A stretch of DNA of 64,000 bases from Candidatus Saccharimonadota bacterium. Its GTDB lineage: Bacteria > Patescibacteriota > Saccharimonadia > Saccharimonadales > JAXHMH01. Position 1 is the first letter of the stretch. Each line of letters opens with the position of its first letter. Below the pieces are notes generated by a model that saw only the letters and a program-made list of their open reading frames with translations, made no database searches and was not told where the DNA came from. A program made the translations under genes and the position numbers. Positions 58,140 to 64,000 of the stretch are shown here, piece by piece. The stretch lies in contig JAXHMH010000004.1 of NCBI GenBank assembly GCA_034521515.1, positions 64,485-128,484 on the forward strand. Direction: 5' to 3'.

Positions 58140-58471
58140 TGTCCATTGATTTAACAAAACTACAAAAAGAAGTCATGCGCAATAAGCTTGAAAAGGGTTT
58201 TAACACAACCGATATTGCGCAAGAATTTTGCCGCGCCTATGAGGAGCTTTCGGAAGCATTCTCTAAATTGAACAAACATGAAGATGGTGTTGGCGAAGAG
58301 TTTGCCGACGTTATTATTTTTATTCTTGGAATGAGCGAGATATTAGGATTCGACTTAGAAAAAGAGATTACCGACAAAATCCAAAAAAATAAAAATCGAA
58401 AATATAAAAAAATTAAAAGTCCCGATGGCAAAGATGTATTTGTACGCATAAAGACTCCCCAAGACCCGTGA
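58139..58471 (+). CDS. MazG-like nucleoside triphosphate pyrophosphohydrolase
   Basis: 110 aa; EELSEA...EEFADVIIFILGMSE metal-binding helices; TAATG overlap with the upstream gene. Confidence 0.75.
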   Translation: MSIDLTKLQKEVMRNKLEKGFNTTDIAQEFCRAYEELSEAFSKLNKHEDGVGEEFADVIIFILGMSEILGFDLEKEITDKIQKNKNRKYKKIKSPDGKDVFVRIKTPQDP

Positions 58472-58581
58472 TCCGCCGTTAGTTATAAAAATTACTACGT
58501 GTTTAATTGGTCGGTTTCGCAAAGAACTATTACAATATAGGTAGTTGATCCGGTGGGCACAGCTATAAAAGGAGGGAACGA

Positions 58582-59577
58582 GTGCAGCGCGGATTATTTC
58601 TCGTAATTGAAGGAACTGACGGATCGGGTAAAGGTACGCAGTTTAAGTTATTGGTAGACCGGCTCGAGCGTGAGGGTTATGACGTCGCTACATTTGATTT
58701 CCCCCAGTATGAACAAGATTCCAGCTTTTTTGTACGCGAGTATTTAAATGGCAAGTATGGAACAGCTGAGGACGTCGGTCCGTATACCGGCTCATTGTTT
58801 TACGCACTTGATAGGTACCACGCCGCTTATAAGATTAAAGAAGCACTGGCTAAAGGTAAGATTGTGCTAGCTAACCGTTTTACCGGTAGCAACATGGCAC
58901 ACCAAGGAACAAAATTTTCAAATACTGAAGAACGGCGCGGTTATTTTATCTGGCTTGATAATTTAGAGTTCCGTATGCTTGGTATACCACGACCTAATCT
59001 ATCTTTGGTGCTTCGAGTTCCAGCCGAGACCGCTCAGCAACTGGTTGACACTAAAGATACACGATCTTATACCGATAAAAAACGTGACATTCATGAAGCC
59101 GATATCAACCATCTGCGTCGGTCTGTTGAGGTGTACGACGATCTTTGCCAGCTGTTTCCAAAAGATTTTTTACGAATTGATTGTGTGCGCGGTGGCGAAC
59201 TTATGGATATTGAAACCATCAACAAGCATTTATGGCAAACGATTGAACCGTTACTGCCTGAACAATCAAAGAAAGGAACCGGTAAAATTATGAAGAAGAA
59301 AGTTGATAACCCATACATCCGTAAAACAGATGAAGGTTTTATAATTACTGACGAAGGTAAGAAGTTTCTTGAAGAGTCGATAACCAGCACAGATGATAAC
59401 GTGTATGCCTTTAATGAAAACCTAAGCCCTGTAACTGTTGCCGCAGCAATGGCTCGATTGTCCCGTCGTGGAGACGATATGCGAGTTACGGTGCTGGATG
59501 AGTTCGCCCAAGGCGGCTCAAAGGACGAAAAACTACTCCAACGTGTTATTACAGCCTACGGCGACGATCCAAGCTAA
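58582..59577 (+). CDS. tmk: thymidylate kinase fused to the N-terminal part of a ThyX-like protein
   Basis: LVIEGTDGSGKGTQ P-loop and Tmk core in the first ~215 aa. Residues from ~235 on (...VTVAAAMARLSRRG...VITAYGDD) continue in the same frame into the next ORF after two stops. Confidence 0.8.
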   Translation: MQRGLFLVIEGTDGSGKGTQFKLLVDRLEREGYDVATFDFPQYEQDSSFFVREYLNGKYGTAEDVGPYTGSLFYALDRYHAAYKIKEALAKGKIVLANRFTGSNMAHQGTKFSNTEERRGYFIWLDNLEFRMLGIPRPNLSLVLRVPAETAQQLVDTKDTRSYTDKKRDIHEADINHLRRSVEVYDDLCQLFPKDFLRIDCVRGGELMDIETINKHLWQTIEPLLPEQSKKGTGKIMKKKVDNPYIRKTDEGFIITDEGKKFLEESITSTDDNVYAFNENLSPVTVAAAMARLSRRGDDMRVTVLDEFAQGGSKDEKLLQRVITAYGDDPS

Positions 59578-59589
59578 CAACGGAGTTAG

Positions 59590-60891
59590 GCTCTCCATGT
59601 CGTAGTCGAAGGTGCGTCAAACTTGCTAACTAAAAAGCTGGAGTGGGGACGATTAGCGTCGTATTTAGAACAATCAACAAGGTACATATACTTTGATCAA
59701 AAAGACAATAGCGGCAAGTATAAATACTATACGCCAGAACATTTTGACAAAAAAACCGCAAAAAAATATGACAAAACTATGGATCAAATCTTTGATAACT
59801 ATTCAGAGCTGGTTCATAAACTCACTGATTTCGTCAGAAAACACGACCCAACCCCAGAAGAAGAACGCGATATACCATGGAAAGGTGCCACGCGCGCCCA
59901 AGCTTGTGACGCAGCTCGTGCAGTACTGCCGGTTGCTACAAAATCTACCGTTGGTATTTATGCCTCAGGTCAAGCTCTAGAAAGTTTAATCATGCACCTG
60001 ATGAGCGACGAGCTTAAAGAGGCAAAAAACGTCGGTCAGAAAATCCTAAAACACGGACGTAAAGTCACGCCAACGTTTCTAGAACGTGCTGATAAACCTG
60101 AACGCGGTGGCGCGACGATTGCGTACCGTGCCAATACGCATACAGCGGTCGCTGATCTTGCCCAGAAACACTTACCAGAAAATCACGCCGGTGAAACTGA
60201 GCCAGTACAACTTACATCCTATTGGCCGCGCAACGAAATGGATCTTATTCCTGATATGTTATTTGAGCACAGTAATTTGCCGCATGATGAAATTAGACAA
60301 CAGGTTAACCAGTGGCCGATTAAGCGAAAAGAAGAGGTTTTTAACGCTTACATGGGTGAACGTCTAAATCGTCGACATAAGCCAGGCAGGGCAATCGAAA
60401 AAGCGCATTACAGCTGGGATCTTGTCTGTGATTATGGCATATTCCGAGATTTGCAACGACACCGCATGGTAGACGACCTCAATTGGCAACAATTAACTCC
60501 GCGATATGGCTATGAGATACCAAAGTTGGTAGAAGACGCTGGACTGACTGATCTGTTTGAAGCTTGTTTTGATCTTAGTTTAGAGCTTTATAGCCAACTA
60601 CAGTCAGCAGGCTACGCGCTAGATGCTCAATATGCCACCTTGCTAGGTCATAAAATGCGCTGGAAGGTTACATATAATGCTCGTGAAGCGTTTCATTTGC
60701 ATGAACTACGTACCAGCCCTCAGGGACACTCAGGCTACCGTAAGCTCGTTCTAGAGATGCACGAAAAATTAGCTGAAGTTCACCCAATGCTAGCCGAAGC
60801 AATGAAATTTGTTAATCAAGGCGAAGACCCGAAGTTGGCTCGACTAGCCGCCGAACGTTACACTCAATTTAAACTAGATCAGATTCAGTAG
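59590..60891 (+). CDS. thyX: ThyX-like FAD-dependent thymidylate synthase (tandem Thy1 domains), continuation of the upstream ORF
   Basis: Same frame as 58582..59577; LASYLEQSTRYIYF (degenerate RHR..S....S.RY) and second-domain LQRHRMVD. There is no convincing own start (ORF-track TTG 59623). Confidence 0.7.
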   Translation, partial: ALHVVVEGASNLLTKKLEWGRLASYLEQSTRYIYFDQKDNSGKYKYYTPEHFDKKTAKKYDKTMDQIFDNYSELVHKLTDFVRKHDPTPEEERDIPWKGATRAQACDAARAVLPVATKSTVGIYASGQALESLIMHLMSDELKEAKNVGQKILKHGRKVTPTFLERADKPERGGATIAYRANTHTAVADLAQKHLPENHAGETEPVQLTSYWPRNEMDLIPDMLFEHSNLPHDEIRQQVNQWPIKRKEEVFNAYMGERLNRRHKPGRAIEKAHYSWDLVCDYGIFRDLQRHRMVDDLNWQQLTPRYGYEIPKLVEDAGLTDLFEACFDLSLELYSQLQSAGYALDAQYATLLGHKMRWKVTYNAREAFHLHELRTSPQGHSGYRKLVLEMHEKLAEVHPMLAEAMKFVNQGEDPKLARLAAERYTQFKLDQIQ

Positions 60892-61228
60892 TCTGATTGC
60901 TAGCCTTGTATTCAAAGTTTAGCGGTTCTTCACCATGTGGGGTTTCAACGGTAACAATATCAACACATAGTTTATGACCAAGCTCTGTTACTACATAAGT
61001 AGCCTTATCGTCTTCGAGAACCTCTCCAACAATTCTTAACTCTTTACAAAACTTATCGTGGGCAATGTCGTGAACCTCAATACCCAGATTTACTGGAAAA
61101 TTTGCCCTAAAACTATCCCGGCCTCCGTATAGAAAGTCGTAGTAGTTGTCAAGCACTGCTTGTGCCATCTCAATACCGACATCTAGAGGGCTCCGTTCTG
61201 ATAAAACCTCCTGCTCGCTTTGACTCAT
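60869..61228 (-). CDS. hypothetical protein
   Basis: 119-aa acidic ORF convergent with thyX (23-nt overlap); no family recognised. Confidence 0.45.
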   Translation of the reverse strand: MSQSEQEVLSERSPLDVGIEMAQAVLDNYYDFLYGGRDSFRANFPVNLGIEVHDIAHDKFCKELRIVGEVLEDDKATYVVTELGHKLCVDIVTVETPHGEEPLNFEYKASNQTTESDLV

Positions 61229-61318
61229 AGTCTCAGCATCAAAAACTGCATCAGTCGTAGCGGAGCCCGGCTTTGTCTATCGTGTTGATGCTCCATTTTC
61301 GTCTCCATATTATCCCGT

Positions 61319-61348
61319 AAAAAAACCGGATCCTCGGTTGGAATCCGG
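61319..61348 (-). terminator. minus-strand intrinsic terminator
   Basis: Minus strand reads CCGGAT-TCCAACCGAGG-ATCCGG followed by TTTTTTT. Confidence 0.6.
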
Positions 61349-61689
61349 CTCTGTGTTTTCGTTTAATTTCGTGCTACAAGATTCCAACCATTATTTTTTT
61401 GCCACAATTGCTAGTAAACCGACTTTCTGCTCTGGATGACTTTGCAATAAAGTTCATTGTTTACCATGAGTATTAAAACAGCACCTTAAGTCGCCTCTTG
61501 TCAAGTCATACGTCCTGGTGTATTGTGGAATTTATGATATTAAACATGAAGACACGCCACTCCTCTCTCGGCCTACCAGGGCTGTGCTTCAGTATGGTTG
61601 AAGCCTGAGCGATAAAGGTTTCTAGCACAGCCCAAGAATAGTCAGGGCTTCACCGCCTGATTTTTTATATGTATAAGGAGTGTTCAATA

Positions 61690-61818
61690 ATGATTACAAA
61701 CGAAAATATACAAGGTGGGTACGACCCTAGTGAAATTCCTACACAAGAGGAGATTGACCGCTACAATCAGAACATCCGACGACAGAGAGAAGCCGAAATA
61801 ATGTCTGTAGTGATATAG
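61690..61818 (+). CDS. 42-aa hypothetical ORF
   Basis: AAGGAG SD 8 nt upstream; MITNENIQGGYDPSEIPTQEEIDRYNQNIRRQREAEIMSVVI; another frame stays open for about 40 further codons. Confidence 0.3.
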   Translation: MITNENIQGGYDPSEIPTQEEIDRYNQNIRRQREAEIMSVVI

Positions 61819-62010
61819 GTTCGACAGCAACGGGTGGCTCAATACAAGTAATTCGACAAGTACCTTACAGTGGTGATGAAGAGCCAATCGAGCAATTTAT
61901 CGGACGCAGCACTCTGGAACTTTCCAGCTTGAGGTTAATTCGTTAATGTGTTTACTGGACTATGATTTTTAGCGAAGTGTCCAAACTGCTGCAAGAAAAA
62001 ATCAGGTTTA

Positions 62011-62197
62011 CCGCACAGTGAGTTTTCCGAGATTCTCTAGATAATTGCTGAGGAGTAATGCCCGGCATAGCCGGGTCACTCGAAAGTCTACTGCTGGGTT
62101 GACCCGGCAGTGAGCTTTCGAGACTCCTCAGATAATTGCTGAGGAGTAATGCCCGGCATAGCCGGGTCACTCGAAAGTTAATGGGCCCGGGTTGACA
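62011..62197 (+). repeat. two tandem ~91-bp structured units ending in duplicated GGGTTGAC
   Basis: Identical 49-nt core AGATAATTGCTGAGGAGTAATGCCCGGCATAGCCGGGTCACTCGAAAGT at 62039-87 and 62130-78; GGGTTGAC at 62096 and 62188. Confidence 0.9.
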
Positions 62198-62220
62198 AAC
62201 AGAGGGAAACAGAGTATACT
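62192..62220 (+). promoter_or_regulatory. rplJ-rplL promoter
   Basis: TTGACA (62192-97), 17 nt, TATACT (62215-20). Confidence 0.6.
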
Positions 62221-62340
62221 TGCGTTACCAAAGACAGCGACGGTTTTGTACGCTTATTGCGCATAAAAACATGATAATGTCGCCGAGGCAGCAGCAAAAA
62301 TTTAGAATTTTGATTCTAGATTTGAGAATGTTGAATCTTT

Positions 62341-62372
62341 AAAGTCTTTGGCAATGCCAAAGACTTTTTTAT
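62341..62372 (+). terminator. terminator/attenuator hairpin in the rplJ leader
   Basis: AAAGTCTTTGGC-AAT-GCCAAAGACTTT followed by TTTTAT, about 100 nt before the rplJ ATG. Confidence 0.65.
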
Positions 62373-62470
62373 TAGGTAACAGTGTGTTAATGCCGATGGG
62401 GCGCGAGAACTTACAAAACCATAAACTAGACACTAGCAACTAGCGTCTAACCACTACTCTAAGGAGTTAT

Positions 62471-62998
62471 ATGGCGTTAACAAAAGATAAGAAAAACCAA
62501 GTCATTGCCGAAGTCAGCCAGCTACTGGCAGATTCAAAGATGACTGTCATCGCCGCCTATCAAGGCACGCCGGTAAAAGCTATGCAACAGCTTCGACGCG
62601 AAGGTCGTGAAAACGGAACTACACTAAAGGTCGTAAAAAATCGCCTTGTTAAAAAAACGATCGAAACGACCGATAATGTGAAAGACACTGATACAAGCGC
62701 CTTAAACGGTATGCTGTTATACGCGTTCAATAGCCAAGATGAAGTTGCCCCAGCACAAGTGCTTGCTGACTATGCTGTAAAAAGCAACCTACGCTTCAAT
62801 TTGTCGGCGCAATTTCAGAGAACGGTAAGTTCTTGCCGCCAGAAGAAGTTCAGGCGCTTTCAGCACTACCAAGTACAGACGAGAACCCCATTGCTCAAGT
62901 CCTCGACGCTAACTTCACCACTAGATGACGTTACAAATGGGTTGTCTGGCAACCTTCACGCGCTGCTTGACGGCGTAGAAACAAAAGCTGTCGCCTAG
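62471..62998 (+). CDS. rplJ: 50S ribosomal protein L10 (internal segment apparently out of the ancestral frame)
   Basis: The N-terminal 104 aa and the last ~30 aa are uL10-like. Residues ~105-145 (SNLRFNLSAQFQRTVSSCRQKK...) are not, while the -1 frame reads KQPTLQFVGAISENGKFLPPEEVQALSALPSTDENPIAQVL. Confidence 0.85.
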   Translation: MALTKDKKNQVIAEVSQLLADSKMTVIAAYQGTPVKAMQQLRREGRENGTTLKVVKNRLVKKTIETTDNVKDTDTSALNGMLLYAFNSQDEVAPAQVLADYAVKSNLRFNLSAQFQRTVSSCRQKKFRRFQHYQVQTRTPLLKSSTLTSPLDDVTNGLSGNLHALLDGVETKAVA

Positions 62999-63101
62999 GG
63001 CTTACAGTACAAAGTGACAAGTGTATAAAGTAAAAAGCAATAACACTTTATATACTCTCTACTTTCAAACTTTTAACTAACTAAATCGGAGATTTAATAT
63101 T

Positions 63102-63485
63102 ATGGCAAAAGACCTAAAGAAACTTGCAGAAGAATTAACTGGTTTGACTGTACTAGAAGTCAACGAACTTAAAACAATCTTAAAAGATGAATACGGCATT
63201 GAGCCTGCAGCAGCTGCAGCTGTAGTTGCTGGTCCGGCAGCCGGCGGTGAGGCTGCACCAGCAGAAGACGAACAAACTGAGTTTGACGTTGTTCTAAAAG
63301 ATGCAGGCGCACAAAAAGTTGCCGTTATTAAGGCTGTTAAAGATTTGACGGGTCTCGGACTTGGCGAAGCCAAGGCAGTAGTAGACGGTGCACCAAAACC
63401 GGTACTCGAAAAAGCGGCCAAAGAAGACGCTGAGAATGCTAAGAAAGCACTCGAAGAAGCAGGCGCTACTGTAGAACTAGCCTAA
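63102..63485 (+). CDS. rplL: 50S ribosomal protein L7/L12
   Basis: Ala-rich hinge, [27 protein letters not shown]. Confidence 0.96.
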   Translation: MAKDLKKLAEELTGLTVLEVNELKTILKDEYGIEPAAAAAVVAGPAAGGEAAPAEDEQTEFDVVLKDAGAQKVAVIKAVKDLTGLGLGEAKAVVDGAPKPVLEKAAKEDAENAKKALEEAGATVELA

Positions 63486-63503
63486 GTTTTACAAAACATT
63501 TTC

Positions 63504-63540
63504 ATAACCGCTGCACAATCTGTGGCGGTTATGTATTTGT
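63504..63540 (+). terminator. putative terminator after rplL
   Basis: ATAACCGC-13 nt-GCGGTTAT followed by GTATTTGT (weak T tract). Confidence 0.45.
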
Positions 63541-63660
63541 AGACCGACACTAAGCAAGTTTTCCACAGTTAATTGAACTTTTTTGACTTGCATTATTAAA
63601 CATGCTAGCTTTAAGTGTAAGTGTACCCAAATAACAAACACTTATGAGAGAATTAAAACA

Positions 63661-64000
63661 ATGCCGGATGTACCAGAAAAACAAGTAAAAGGTTACGAAC
63701 ACTTATTCAAGACGCCGAAACAAACCTAGCTGCAGCAAAAGAGCTGTTGATTAGTCTGGTAGGCGATGATGCTTGCTCCCACCGTTCATAGTACCGAAGA
63801 TAACCTTGGTAAAGTTATAGAAGGTGTTTTTGACGGACAAAACATGGTCGGATCAGACGGAAAGACTTACCCCGTTCCAGCCAATTATGCAAGCAAGTCA
63901 AAACTTGTTCAGGGAGATATCCTAAAACTGACTATCGCTGATGACGGGGCGTTTATGTACAAACAAATCGGCCCAATTCCGCGTAAACAACTTGTCGGGA
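63661..64000 (+). CDS. hypothetical protein, frame-disrupted and truncated by the window end
   Basis: Three frame segments read as one protein: MPDVPEK | TSKRLRTLIQDAETNLAAAKELLISLVGDDA | APTVHSTEDNLGKVIEGVFDGQNMVGSDGKTYPVPANYASKSKLVQGDILKL... Confidence 0.5.

Noticed and set aside
59575-59589. Programmed stop-codon read-through or recoding at the TAA/TAG pair in tmk-thyX
   Set aside because: Two different stop codons four codons apart, with an open, homology-plausible -1 frame bridging them, fit paired indels far better than recoding. It is reported as a frame disruption instead.
61353-61440. RNase P RNA P4-like strings on the minus strand (AGAAAGUCGG and ACAGAGCCGGAUU)
   Set aside because: The other universally conserved regions (CR-II/III/IV) are not visible. 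The 3' string is part of a terminator hairpin, P4 pairing would contain a G-A mismatch, and only about 330 nt are available. This is probably coincidence.
62039-62087. Hammerhead-ribozyme-like strings CUGAGGA and CGAAAG in the 91-bp repeat
   Set aside because: CUGAGGA is fully sequestered in a perfect 9-bp hairpin with ACTCCTCAG. The would-be stem II has 4 consecutive mismatches next to the core, and no stem I can be drawn. It does not fit the hammerhead core topology.
61952-62170. Minus-strand 72-aa ORF
   Set aside because: It reads through the 91-bp tandem structured repeat, so it is a repeat artefact.

Overview
This is a plus-strand translation and transcription super-region from a small-genome bacterium that uses genetic code 11 (TGA is a stop at several ATGA overlaps). 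Three traits point to a Candidate Phyla Radiation / Patescibacteria origin, possibly Saccharimonadia-like. This is inference: there is no rpmD between rpsE and rplO, several ribosomal proteins carry extensions, and the nucleotide genes are salvage-type. Gene order is tyrS', methyltransferase, recG, rsmD, tRNA-Leu, hisS, tig, clpP, rpoB-rpoC, rpsL-rpsG-(ORF)-fusA-(2 ORFs)-tuf, rpsJ, a 4.4-kb redox island, rplC through rplO, secY-infA-rpmJ-rpsM-rpsK-rpsD-rpoA-rplQ-rplM-rpsI, pheA, trpS, rluD-like, holB, TPR, tRNA-Thr/Tyr/Thr, rpmG, a 4.8-kb insert, secE-nusG-rplK-rplA, a 5.9-kb dTMP-synthesis insert, and rplJ-rplL. The core genes are ordinary; the junctions are not. (1) A 29/30-nt palindromic element sits inside redundant, duplicated copies of gene termini at two loci. 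At rpsJ the last five codons plus stop occur three times with only synonymous changes. At tRNA-Trp the first 24 nt are duplicated around a GIY-YIG nuclease gene. tRNA-Leu and tRNA-Tyr also have adjacent pseudo-copies with hairpin insertions in the T arm. (2) Five or six small unrecognised ORFs are tightly coupled to universally conserved genes. One is a 34-aa ORF joined by TAATG overlaps to both rplE and rpsN. (3) Three nearly universal operon adjacencies (rpsJ|rplC, rpmG|secE, rplA|rplJ) are split by accessory blocks. (4) The roughly 100-nt spacers inside the ribosomal-protein operons are built from short tandem repeats and share modules. (5) Four apparent frame disruptions (rplA, tmk-thyX, rplJ, last ORF) cluster in the final 8 kb. 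Each begins with a 1-nt loss, and three are compensated downstream. No CRISPR array, rRNA gene or classical IS/transposase was seen.
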